This document shows, piece by piece, positions 33,258-44,749 of a DNA stretch of 64,000 nt. Every line of letters begins with the position of its first letter. Within the stretch, counting starts at the first letter, position 1. The notes below the pieces were generated by a model that searched no databases, was not told the origin of the DNA, and saw nothing but the letters and a program-made list of their open reading frames with translations. This DNA is from an uncultured Nitrososphaeraceae archaeon. GTDB lineage: Archaea; Thermoproteota; Nitrososphaeria; Nitrososphaerales; Nitrososphaeraceae. Made by a program: the position numbers and the translations under genes. The DNA is taken from assembly GCA_963779615.1 (NCBI GenBank), contig CAVZZA010000003.1, positions 544,001 to 608,000 of the forward strand, in the 5' to 3' direction.

Positions 33258-33554
33258 TTACGTAGGAATATCATTCTGATAACTGACTAACTCAAATCCG
33301 TCTTCAATCAGTCTTTGAACTTCAGCGTCAGGGTGTTTATTCCTTCTCTGCTTAAGTCTTTGATACCGGTGCTTTGAGTCATTGCCAAAAATAATACCCT
33401 TTTTAAAATCATTTGGATTCTCTACTGGACTAACGCCGTTAATACCAGATATTTTACCTATCATTTTAGCATCCCTTGTTGGAATTATATCCCCGCATTT
33501 CCAGCACTGAAGCCAGTTTTCTGCGTCAGGTGGTGGAGGTATACCAATTAGCAT
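33258..33554 (-). pseudogene. 5'-truncated zinc-ribbon-type hypothetical protein
   Basis: WLQCWKCG; no proper start; abuts the IS630 remnant. Confidence 0.5.
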
Positions 33555-33591
33555 AAGTTATCGAACATCCCTCAACAGATAGTTCCTCATA

Positions 33592-34058
33592 TTAAGATTG
33601 AATCTTTTTGAAATCATTCTTCTCTTCTGCAGATGCGGTGTTTACATGAACCTTCCTTGGTACTTTCTGTTTAAAGCCCCACCTGTGAAGTATACGGTAA
33701 ATGTAATTATGGCGATACCTTACTCCACTTTCCTGTATGATTATCTCTTCAACCTGCTTTGTGGTCCAGCCCTGGTTGCTTTCCTTTAGCATTGTTTTTA
33801 TTTTATATTCTGTCTGTCCAGATATTTGCGAATGTCTACCGCCTTTTGGTCTGTCCATCAACCTTCCAGTCCTTTTTCTTTGTATCTTTTTAACCATTGG
33901 CTGGCCCAACCCTTATTACTTTTGTGAATTTCTCTGGTCGCATGGGTTGCAATCTTACCGTAATATACAACGTTGAGTACAAACAGCATATTCTTTCCTT
34001 TAACCTTATCCTTTTGAGCCATGTAAATCCTTTCAAACGCTGTCCTGGTAATAGTCAA
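33592..34058 (-). mobile_element. IS630-family transposase remnant (HTH region, frameshifted)
   Basis: WASQWLKRYKEKGLEG, GWTTKQV...YIYRILHRWGFKQKVPRKVH...FKK; the DDE part is missing. Confidence 0.8.
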
Positions 34059-34628
34059 ATACCATGCAAAATGGGGATAGGATCATCACAGCTATAAACA
34101 TTTGGAGAAAAATAGAATAATGGACACTTGTGGTTTATGTAATTATGTTAATTGGTATACCCTGTTTTTTTTGACACCTCAGATTTTCATGTGATATTTG
34201 ATTCTAAAACAAAGTGATTGTTTGCTGGGAAATGCAATACAACCCCTCTGCCACAAGGAATTTAATCCCACTTAACCCATTAACTATACGACTGGAATAG
34301 TCCCTGTTGTTTTTAACCACAATTTAACAATTATATACCAATTTTCATACATTCCATTAGCTAATCCCTAAGAAGGTAATATCAATATTCAGACGAAATA
34401 TTTATCGTAAATAGTTATTAGTTTATTCACAAGTTTTCCCACCTTCATACACATTATTTTTAAAGTTTAGCGTTTGGTGATCGGGACATTGGCATAGAAT
34501 ACGAAACAGGGATTCGACAACTTTGATATATGTGGTTTTTGGTTAAAAATGGAACATGCACACCATTTATCTATATTTTTTTCCACCACTCCACAATTCT
34601 TATCAACGAGCAAAGATTACCAAAATTA

Positions 34629-35135
34629 ATGAAAATCATCCTGTTTGACTTAGGTGAAACTTTAGAATCCCATGGGCAACTAATAGACGGAGCTGAAAAT
34701 GTTATTTCAACAATAAAAGGAATGCATGATTCTAACGGAGAATCAGTTGCAGTATCCTTGGTTTCTAATTTTGATGACTTTGACAATAGCCGCAAATTAG
34801 AAGATGTAAAACCGATGCAGCTTGAATATTACCGACATCTAAAACAACTTGATATTGCCAAATATTTTGAACCATTGTATGAGCACGTAACCCTGTCTAT
34901 AGAGATAGGCGTTCGAAAACCAGATAAGAAAATATTTAGGTCTGCAATCGATTTGATAAAACCAGGTTTGCCTTTTTCCAATGTTCTTTTCGTTACCGAA
35001 GAATTTGATCACATAGATGCAGCACGACAAATAGGTATGAAAGTAATTCATTTCAAACCATCTGAGCAGACATCGGGAGATAAGATTAGAACATTAACAG
35101 AGCTTATTCCAAAAGTTGCAGGATTTTTAGGATAA
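34629..35135 (+). CDS. HAD-superfamily hydrolase
   Basis: ILFDLGETL (motif I), SN, KPD..IF, and FVTEE in place of the usual GD. Confidence 0.8.
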   Translation: MKIILFDLGETLESHGQLIDGAENVISTIKGMHDSNGESVAVSLVSNFDDFDNSRKLEDVKPMQLEYYRHLKQLDIAKYFEPLYEHVTLSIEIGVRKPDKKIFRSAIDLIKPGLPFSNVLFVTEEFDHIDAARQIGMKVIHFKPSEQTSGDKIRTLTELIPKVAGFLG

Positions 35136-35599
35136 TCCTATATGCAAATCCATTAACTCCTGACGGCTCTGTTAACAGACGGATAGGGAAACCAATCCGC
35201 ATCCTCGTAAAATAGTTACGCTTGGTCATCCCTACTATCTTTAGCTTGCTATTCAGTTATTATGCCTCTTACGTAATTGGATTGCTGATAAATACTTAAT
35301 AATACTTAATGATATCGAATAACATTGAATTTTTGTGTGCTAACCCAATTGTAATGATGAAATAATAGTCATTATCATGAATTTTTTAAATCTTTCAGGG
35401 TACACAAAAGATCTGATCAGATATCTATCTTAGAATGTTAAATCTAAAAGGAAAGTTACATTCAGATAGATACACTATTTTGATTTGAGACTCATGGCCG
35501 TACCGATAAAAGAAAAATTGGTTGGATGACACCTTATATGAATAATTAGGTAGCGAATTCTTTAATTGCAAGAGATATCAAGTAAAATAAAGGAATATA

Positions 35600-36394
35600 A
35601 TGACAAAAATGAAGATGCATCTCTTTTCCATGGTTTTCATTACAACTATTTTGTTTGCACCATCATTCACCACAGGGTATGCTCAAGCAAAACTACATCC
35701 TGTCTTGCTGATCCATGGGTATAATTCAACTGCAACCGTGTAGGAGGAAAACTGGGATAAACTTTTAACTAACGATGGAATACCCCATAAAGCCGTTACA
35801 TTTTCTGTTAATGACAAATGTGGATCCGCTAAGGATCATGCTACTCAACTGAAACAAATAGTAGCAGAGTATAAGAAGGACACAAATGCAGATAAAATAA
35901 ACATTGTTGCTCATTCCAAAGGAGGGTTAGACACCAGAGTTTACCTAACTAGCAATCTAACTAATGACGCTATAGCTAACTTCATAATGATTGGCACTCC
36001 AAACAAAGGATCACCTGTTGAAGACAAATATTATGAAGGTGATAAATGTACTCCCGCTGCATCTGATTTGAGAACAGGTTCAGATATAGCCAAATCAACA
36101 GAAATGGAAATACACAATCCACATACTGCATACTATACAATAGCTGGAAACTGGCAACATGATTTCATCCCCTTTACCACCATGGATAAAAACTGTTTGG
36201 AAGGGGACTTTAACTGGCTTTCCGCTCAATATGCCGGAAGGGATTTGATTAACGGTCCTGATGATGGTCTTGTTCCGGTTTGGAGTGCCGAAATAAAGAA
36301 TGAATACAAACCTTTGGGAGAAACAGATAACTGCCACACTCAACTTTTGAATGATGAAAGTTATAAGCTGGCAGGACAAATTCTAAAACAATAG
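35600..36394 (+). pseudogene. Secreted lipase/esterase (alpha/beta hydrolase) with an in-frame TAG
   Basis: Signal peptide, PVLLIHGY, TAG at 35741-35743 where Trp is expected, AHSKGG nucleophile, GTPNKGS, DDGLVP, H. Confidence 0.85.
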
Positions 36395-36550
36395 CATAAA
36401 ACGTTCCTATTTACTCTAACATTACTGTCATTTTTATAAAAAAACTAATAATTAGTTTCAAGTTCAATAACCAGTAATTTTTCATCCTTTAGGTAAGCCT
36501 CTTCCTCAATGGATTCTAAGAATATGCTAATGGCATCCCTGCATATTTTC

Positions 36551-37212
36551 GGCTCCGTTAACTCGATGATTTCGAACTCATTGTTATGATAGTCTGTGAA
36601 TGGACAACCAATTCCCTAAATTCCATGATTCGGATTTCTTCTTTTTTCTGCATTGAAAATAGTCATTAAGGCACTCTGCCCTGTCCTTTATTCGCTGCAT
36701 TGTTATCTCAACGGTGCTTTTATCATATGAAGGGCGGATATGATGCTTTAGTTTTTGGACATGCATGCTTGGGGACACCAAGGTCTATCACCGTCTGCTG
36801 ATACTGCGTGTTTTGCAGCGGTCATGACCAAACCTGCGACAAGCTATTCAGCAGCAAACATGTTTCTCCACTTGGATACAGTTAGTGCTGGAATCTCCTT
36901 GTTTTTTGGCCCAGTTGCAATCCATGACCAAACATGTTCCGGAATTGCCTTGATTGTCGTTTCACCCACAATAAATTCAGCCATCTTCTTTCTTTTTGGC
37001 AATGTCTTTTGGGGATGATGCTTTTTTAATCCAGTTCCAGGCTAAAACAGGGCCCCCTTAAAAACAAGAAAGCCCCTCAGACATTCTTCTTAATGACAGG
37101 CCTGAAAATTACAAATGCAATCCAAAACCAATAAACTGTAAAGGTGTTCTGTTTCTACGAATCATAAATGAGAAAGCATATTCAAGATAGCAACTCTTAA
37201 GTGAACAGGGCC
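36551..37212 (-). mobile_element. Decayed IS6-family element
   Basis: Ends GGCTCCGTTAACT and (minus strand) GGCCCTGTTCACTTAAG; fragment LKHHIRPSYDKSTVEITMQRIKDRAECLNDYF. Confidence 0.8.
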
Positions 37213-37260
37213 AGAAAAGTACATTGATAGATTTAAATACAATAGTGTTATTTCTATTTT

Positions 37261-38127
37261 ATGCAATTAAATGCCAAAGATAAGCAATTAAATGCACGAG
37301 AATACAAACCTATTCTAGATCCCAATAAATTTGCCGGAACGGATAGTGATAAAGATATTGTTACAGGCATAATTGAAAACCAAATCGATAAACAGAATAA
37401 CATAGGATTTAGAAAAACTAATGAAAAAAAGGTGAAAAATGTTTGGTATATGGATACTGATGACCAGGAACTACATAAAAAAAACCACTTTACAGTCAGG
37501 GTAAAACAAAAAACTGCTGGAAATATGAATTATGATGTAACTTTTAAGGTAAGACACGCAGATAAAAAAATAGTAACAAGTGTTGATCTTTACACCATTA
37601 AACACCAACCCGCCTTCAAACTAGAGAAACAGAAATATGAAGAAGACATAATTTCACCATTTGACAGCATATTCTCGGTTTCTACCGAATTAGAATATAA
37701 GGAAAATCCCAATCTGAAAACCTGTGATGACATCATATCCATTTTTCCAAATCTAAAATTGGATGGTTTGAAGGGCAAACAACTTGTAGAAGTAAACTGG
37801 TTTAAGGCAGAAGAAACAACATACAAAATGGGAGAAATAGTAACCGATGATGCAAAGAAAGCAGAAGTTGAATTTAGTTTATGGTCCGTATTTCATTTAC
37901 CAAAAGACAAGCCTAAATCACAGGGCATCAAATCACCTATCATAGGAGAGTTTGATATGGACGTAAGCGTAAAAGACTTGATCAAAACAGGTGAAAATGA
38001 TTTTGATGTGTTTACCGATCCTGCGATATCAGAGATAAACGATTTCTACAATCAAATGCAGAATCAAGACATAATAGGCAAAAAAAATAAGACAAAGACA
38101 GAATATGTTTATAATTGGAAGAAATAA
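37261..38127 (+). CDS. CYTH-like (triphosphate tunnel) domain protein
   Basis: REYK near the N-terminus, YMDT..L....VRVK, TFKVR, KYEED. Confidence 0.65.
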   Translation: MQLNAKDKQLNAREYKPILDPNKFAGTDSDKDIVTGIIENQIDKQNNIGFRKTNEKKVKNVWYMDTDDQELHKKNHFTVRVKQKTAGNMNYDVTFKVRHADKKIVTSVDLYTIKHQPAFKLEKQKYEEDIISPFDSIFSVSTELEYKENPNLKTCDDIISIFPNLKLDGLKGKQLVEVNWFKAEETTYKMGEIVTDDAKKAEVEFSLWSVFHLPKDKPKSQGIKSPIIGEFDMDVSVKDLIKTGENDFDVFTDPAISEINDFYNQMQNQDIIGKKNKTKTEYVYNWKK

Positions 38128-38344
38128 ATTCAATTACCTTTGTTTTGCCCATTAACAAGCAGTTTGACACCCCAGAACAAAAAAATTTTGGATTTAAATC
38201 TTAACACAACTAAGCTGAAACGAAACTATTTGACAACCATCCCTTATCAAAAAAAAACTATAATGTGAAGAAACGGGTTTCATTTGGAAAAATAATCCAT
38301 CAATAGTTTAAAGGCTATGATCTCGCATAATTAGAACAAAGTGA

Positions 38345-38870
38345 TCAATATGATACCATGCATATGATTATATGAGGCAAAAGGAATATGGGCCCATATT
38401 GCCACACCATCCACCTATCCACCCATGGATTCTATTATGGATATCTTCAGGTTCATCACTGAAATCTCCGTAATCCTTTGGAGACAGCAGATAATCAATT
38501 TCTTGTTCGGCAGGAAGTTGTGGGGGGATCCTGGTTCGCCATGTGTATCAAATTATCTAGTCTGGCGGCAACCCGTCTGTGAAATAAAACCGTCTATGTT
38601 TACCCAATATAGTGATTCAACGTGAAAACTGTTCAAATGGTTTGGCAAGTTATTTGCAGATTCATCCAAAAATGATCGTGGCATCCTCTCATTTTGAGGT
38701 TTCAGATGTCCGATCCCGATAAGGAACAGTCACAATAGGATCATGTTGGCATCCTGCAAATATTTTTCAAACCAATAAAGACATGCCCTATGCCATGGTA
38801 AAAAATTCATCAATAATTATATTTTACCAATATGGGTAATAAAGCTTGCAGGTTCACAGATACAAGCATG
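38345..38870 (-). pseudogene. Tyrosinase pseudogene (not in the ORF track)
   Basis: CuA FLPWHRACLYWFEKYLQ at ~38755-38810; VTVPYRDR (degenerate PYWDW); CuB EDIHNRIHGWIGG at ~38410-38450; several frameshifts and stops. Confidence 0.8.
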
Positions 38871-39012
38871 ATATCCATGATCTCGGTTAAAAAGTGCAAT
38901 CAGCATGTCAAGAAAGAAAAAAATGCTTTGGCGACTGCCTGCTTTAGAATAATGAATGAAAACCAAAGCACTTGGCGAAGCAATACAAAGATGGCATGTG
39001 GCATATCAAAGC

Positions 39013-40903
39013 TCAAGACCAATCAACATCTTCAAGTGTTTCCACTGGCTTTCGTTTATCAAGCATTACCTTTTGACGAATGAGACGTTGGCCTACAGAA
39101 TCCGCAGTCTTAAGGTTGTCAGGAAATATTATTCCGCATCTTGATTCGATTTCAGCAAGCGCAACCTGGTATATTTTAAATGGATCAAGATCAAACACCT
39201 CCAACTCATCCAAATTCTGTGTTAGCAAAAACCCTTTGGTTTTTAATACTTGGTTTTCGACAAAAACTATTACTTTCCAAAATTCACGAGGTATTTTTAT
39301 TTGTCTAAACTCACGATCATCATTACGTAAAACCGGTCCTGCGAAAAGACTAACCTTTAGATTTTCCACATCGGTTTCTTCAAAAACTGCGTCTTCCAAC
39401 CCTCCCCATAAGCCACCCTTTTGAGATTGATTGAAATTTTCCATTTGGGGAGTTATGTTGGTGAAAAAGAAAGAATCTTTGTTTGCTTTTTTTGCTTCTT
39501 CAAAATCTCCCCAAAGCAAATCAGCACGACGGGCAACATGGCCCCTGTCCAATCTGTTTCCCGAGTATAGTTCATCTCCCACCTGAAATTCAATTGGAAT
39601 GTTAGAATCATAAATGAATCTAGATCCACTGCGGCTAACCCTTTTGATGTTCCCACCATCCACATTCCAGCCTACCCAAAAAGGGAATCTTTTAACCTTA
39701 TTAAGAACAAGGGAGAAATGAGTATAGTCAATTATCCCCGATTGGTTTTGGGAGTACATTTGTTGCTTGTTTGAATCTGTTAGGTCTGGCATGGCAACTT
39801 GGTAAGAGAGGAAGTTTTGAGAGAACCCAGGTACTAGACTTGCGTTCTATACCGGCAGATTTGGACAATGAAATTTGCAATTTCTCAAATATAGATTTAG
39901 GATAGCAAGCTATTGCATATTCAGTAGGATTTGTAGAAGATTCCCCTGCAAAATGCAAACCTGCCATGATACTGTTGGGTTTTCCGTCACTGTTTTTGAA
40001 CATCCACATCGATCCTGAATCACCACCCATACTCACTTCTCCGTTGTCAGGAAGGTTGTCTGAATCCACCCCAATTTCAAAACCCCCAATTTCTTGCTCG
40101 CCAATGGATCCACCGTAATCTATTTTAGCTATAGTATCTGTACGGGTAACAATACCATGTGTTATCCCAGTTGTTCGTCCACTTTTTACCACTTTGTCAT
40201 CCAATTCTGGCTCACCCATTTTATCTACACCAACCTCAAGATCCATAATCTCTGAGACAAACCCACGTCCTTCAATGGTGGCAATGGCACAATCCCCCGC
40301 ATGTCCCAAGTGAGATCTAACAAGTTTCCCTAGTTTGTTTATATCAACGCGGTTATCATCAAATGGCCCAGGTTGAACAATTTCATCTCCAATTGAGCCT
40401 TCTGGTCCATGAAGCACATGCCAATTACTGAGAATATAAGGTGTTCCAAGTTCTGTGTCATAGACAATGCACCCTATCGTACCTGCTGTTACCTTAACAT
40501 TGGCAACACTAATTCCCGACTTTATTGGATCCATTCGCTTTTTACGTTCACTGGTCTGTATTTCTGCCACGATTTTATATTCTGCGGTAAATTTTCTTTG
40601 AATTACGTCTGTGGGTATCTTCTTACCATCAATGGTAAAGGATTCTGGTATGAGTGTTGTTTTTAAGATTTCTAATATCTCAGGCCTTGATTTTTGATCC
40701 ACTGTGAACTGTATTGCGATTTCTCCTGTTTTTTTACCATCCTTAATCTTGAATCCAATACCAATTGATGAAACATTAGGATCTTTGAGATATTCAGCAC
40801 CACGAGTCCTGACAAAATTTCTCAAAGAGGGCATTATCTCTTTTAAGTCATCCTTTTCGGTCTTCTTTGAAACGGAACCTGACTTTATTGTTTCGTTGAC
40901 CAT
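39013..40903 (-). CDS. Trypsin-like serine protease fused to a DNA/RNA non-specific endonuclease (NucA/EndoG-like), frameshifted at ~39843
   Basis: SNWHV / GDCA / GGDSGS triad. The alternative frame gives the GFSQNFL..VAMPDL linker, then DRGHVARR and TNITPQMENFNQ. Confidence 0.88.
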
Positions 40904-41166
40904 CCAAAGAATATAGTAGTCAAATATATAAGTATTTGATTTACTTTTTAATTAAGACCCAACATTAGGCAATACTGTTATTAAGGTTCGCAAGAAGGTA
41001 GTTGTAATCCATCATCAACACAAAACAGTTTTTTATATTTTTAAACCGTGATAATTTGTTCGGCATTGATGAATCATAACTATTTGATTTAACAAACATA
41101 TACAGAGCACAAAAATGTTAAAATAACCTACCGGATATAAATAATAACAAAACAAAAGACCATAAC

Positions 41167-41694
41167 ATGCCAATCAACAATGTCATTTGTTATTCTGTTT
41201 CTTTCTCACTTTTAATATTGTTTTTAAATATACATATTGCATTGGCCTATAACACACACAATATCCCAAGCATTTCAACAGCATCAAGAACAAATAATAT
41301 TAACACATCTACAGACAATATATTCATGCACATTGTCTTGGATATATTCAGTGGAAGGCCAAACCCTAATTTGATACTGACACCAGAACAAACCACGGAG
41401 TTTCTAAAAATAATATCATCATTAAAACCTATTGAAATAAACTACACCGATCAAGATGACGGGCTTGGATACAGGGGTTTTACGGCAGAGGAAAAATCAA
41501 ACAATGCAGGGTTGTCAAAAGAATTTAAAATCTATAACGGAAAAGTCAAGGTTGTAGCGGGTAACGACACAGTGTCAATCTTTGAAGACAAGGACTACCT
41601 TCTAGAACGATGGTTATTAAAAATAGCAGCAGACAATGTTGAAAATGATTTTATAAAAATTATCGAACAAGAAATTAAAAACCGATCAAGTTAA
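41167..41694 (+). CDS. Secreted stand-alone copy of the N-terminal domain of the adjacent papain-like protein
   Basis: Signal peptide; LDIFSGRPNP...GLGYRGF...FKIYNG...ERWLL aligns with LDIYSGNSNP...DLGYRGF...FRIYGS...EKWLL. Confidence 0.8.
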   Translation: MPINNVICYSVSFSLLILFLNIHIALAYNTHNIPSISTASRTNNINTSTDNIFMHIVLDIFSGRPNPNLILTPEQTTEFLKIISSLKPIEINYTDQDDGLGYRGFTAEEKSNNAGLSKEFKIYNGKVKVVAGNDTVSIFEDKDYLLERWLLKIAADNVENDFIKIIEQEIKNRSS

Positions 41695-41857
41695 ACAGCA
41701 ATAAAAATAATGATCGACATCAACGCAAAACATGTCTATCACCTATGAAGGGCAAGATTAAGATTTATTAAATTTTATATTGATTGTATTGATTTTATAA
41801 TGAAAGGCAAAGATCAAATACAAAATAACGGTTTATAACAAATTGTAAAGTAGAAAT

Positions 41858-42853
41858 TCATCTAATATACGCATCCTTAAGCCCATAGTAGTAGCCACAG
41901 AAGATGTCATAGGGACCCCGATTGCAATTGGAAGGATAAAGACCTTGATTTGGGGAAATAACTCTGCCGGAGTTGTCATAATTTCTTGCAGCCGTACCAC
42001 CGGGCTTGTGTCCCCAGAAACCCGAAAAATAATGCCAATGATACCAATGATAATCTTGCCACGTGGTTGAAACAACCATTGCAACAGAATAGTACGGAGT
42101 GCTACCACCACAACCATTAACAACACCATCACATCGAGCAGCAGCTGATACACTGCCGCAACTTATGTCAAAGTTGCAGCCATGTGCCCTACCTGGCTGG
42201 GCAAAGGTATTAGTACGCATGTTCATCGCGTAATTATAGCAGTTATTATAACCCATGTAGCGCGAATCGTTCCAAAATGAAGGATTATAATACGCACTCC
42301 AGATGTTGCATGATGCAAGAGCCTCTGGAGAGGGTTGTCGGGACTCTTCTTGAAGCGTTTCTGAAATATCCTGTTGAGGGTGTCCCCCATCATCGATGGC
42401 TTGCTCCACGAGTTGTTTAATTTTGTTATTATCTTTAAAAGTTTTTAGATCATGATCAACGCCTTCCGATAAACTAGGCGATGTATTCATTGTATTCAAT
42501 AACCATTTTTCCTTTTCTCGTATATCCTCCAAGCCAAGGGAAGGTTTGAAACTTTTGTTAAATTCGTCTAATTTTTTAGAACCGTATATACGGAAGGTAT
42601 TTGGCAATTTTGGATGGTACTGTGTTTTTTCAGCACCCACTTCAGACGAACCAATTTTTTCAGATTCCTCGGATATCACAGATAGAACGAATCCCCTATA
42701 TCCAAGATCCAGGCTTACTCCATGATCTTCAGGATTCATAATATCTATCCAACCTGGCATTTCGATGAATTCTTTGGCCTTATCCTCTGATAATTCCCAG
42801 GATGGATTTGAATTACCCGAATAGATATCCAATGTTGCTTCCAGCCTTACCAT
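41858..42853 (-). CDS. Putative papain/NlpC-P60-fold cysteine peptidase or amidase with an N-terminal (pro)domain
   Basis: NNCYNYA (Cys), DYHWY (His), WGHKPG; no signal peptide. Confidence 0.7.
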   Translation of the reverse strand: MVRLEATLDIYSGNSNPSWELSEDKAKEFIEMPGWIDIMNPEDHGVSLDLGYRGFVLSVISEESEKIGSSEVGAEKTQYHPKLPNTFRIYGSKKLDEFNKSFKPSLGLEDIREKEKWLLNTMNTSPSLSEGVDHDLKTFKDNNKIKQLVEQAIDDGGHPQQDISETLQEESRQPSPEALASCNIWSAYYNPSFWNDSRYMGYNNCYNYAMNMRTNTFAQPGRAHGCNFDISCGSVSAAARCDGVVNGCGGSTPYYSVAMVVSTTWQDYHWYHWHYFSGFWGHKPGGTAARNYDNSGRVISPNQGLYPSNCNRGPYDIFCGYYYGLKDAYIR

Positions 42854-43737
42854 TAAGTTAACATATACATGATGTTTATTAATATTTTGGTGTTATTCTA
42901 CAATATTCAATACTTCTGCCCATGAAACACACTTCTCAGAAATCCTGTCATATCCACATTTATACAAACAGCTTTTATTTTCTAGTCATGTTTATGGTAA
43001 AAACGGAATCTCAAAAGCCCAGATCTGTAACGACCTTTTAACGAAGACATAATGTTATTACGCATCCTTTGCTAACCAATGCGAGATTAATTTTTGATTG
43101 ATACTAACAAACGGTACTTTACTTCTTTAATTCGCAGTTTTGAAGTGCTTTTTAATTTTATGACCAAATAAACTGGGTTCAGATACATATCAATAACCAA
43201 TTGAATGCAAAATATTGGATTTATTTGTTATCAATGGCTTTGATTTTTTAGAAAATCGTCCATGTGCACAACGGCTTCAAGCCTTGAAAACAACAGTTTT
43301 TATGTTAGCACCATCATTTTAGCCGCAAGTTCAGTGCAACAGGATTGCAAAAGGAAAACCTAGGCTCGGAACAACAACCTTAAAGCAACAACAGTAACAA
43401 CCTGTGCCACAAATGCTCCATCAAGCGCCGTTTTCTCGGAAGGCTTTTCCTTTTCGGGTTTGCGTCAAAGGATAATATGGACATAGCATATTTGGTTCGT
43501 CCAAACTTCACAGAAAAGAAAATAAAAATGATTTTTGAAATTCAACGATAATGGGGATACAAATAAGGATTGGTTACTTTCGGAAACATGAGAACAGGGG
43601 TTATTTGCACTAAAGGAGAACCCATCTAAATGTTGTACGCAAGCGTAATTCAATGTACCTTATTGGATAATGATATTACTTTTGGATAAATATGTTTTTG
43701 AGGCATGATTATAACAGATATGGCACATTCCCAATTA

Positions 43738-44660
43738 GAGCCTATCCCAAAATTCGATAGAATTATAGCTTATTGTCCATTTCATTAAACTGTGGCGTCT
43801 GTCCATAATCCGCACAAGCATACAATCACAAAGATTCCAGATGAATTATGGGATAAAATTGTTACCGTTTTGCCAAAGGAAAAACCTGAAAATGCTGTTG
43901 GTCGTCCAATTGTACCATTTAGAAAAGTAATGGATGGCATCATGTATGTCCTTAGAACCGGATGCCAGTGGAAAATGCTGCCCAGAGAATATGGTTCCGG
44001 TTCCACCTGCCATAGGCGGTTTCAGGAATGGGTCAGGCTAGATGTTTTCAAAAAGATGTGGATCAGGCTGCTAAAAACATATGACAGCAAAAAGGGAATC
44101 AAGTGGACCTGGCAATCCATCGACAGCATATCAATAAAGTCACCCTTAGGGGGGCGATGACCGGATGTAATCCCACCGACAGAGGCAAACTGGGCACAAA
44201 AAGGCACATTTTAACGGATAAAAATGGCATACCCTGTCTGTTGTCATATCATCAGCAAACACTCATGACATAAAACTAGTAACAGATGTAATGGATAGCA
44301 TGCTTGTCAAGCGGTCATCACCATCAGCGAAATGCAAATCACCTAGAAAAAGAAAACTACAACACCTATGCCTTGACAAAGCGTACAATTCCAAGACAGT
44401 AAAACAGGCCATAATCAAACGCGGCTATGTTCCCCACATACCTTACAAGAGAAACAGGGGCCAGAAAATAGAGGCGGTATTCCAAAAGAAGCATCCTGCC
44501 GCTAAAAACAAGCGATGGGTTGTGGAGAGAACAAACTCATGGCACAGCAGGTTCAGGAAACTGTTCACAAGATATGAAAAGAAAGCAGAGAATTGTCTTG
44601 GTTTGGTGCAGCTGTCATGCAGTATCATTATCTACAGAAAGACAATTTTGGGATAGGCTC
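43738..44660 (+). mobile_element. IS5-family element, sister of 26657-27601
   Basis: TIR GAGCCTATCCCAAAA, TTA duplication; orfA 43792..44160; orfB from 44157 has an extra frameshift at ~44232. Confidence 0.95.
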
Positions 44661-44749
44661 TTAACCAACTTGGAATATATTGGATAGCAATGATTGTATG
44701 CTATTGATGCATTGTATCTGTCAATCATATTTGAGCATAATCGGACCTT

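Noticed and set aside
21407-35743. Stop-codon reassignment or pyrrolysine readthrough
   Set aside because: The in-frame stops replace different expected residues (Leu, Trp, Glu), include TAA, and TAG is used as a normal stop elsewhere.
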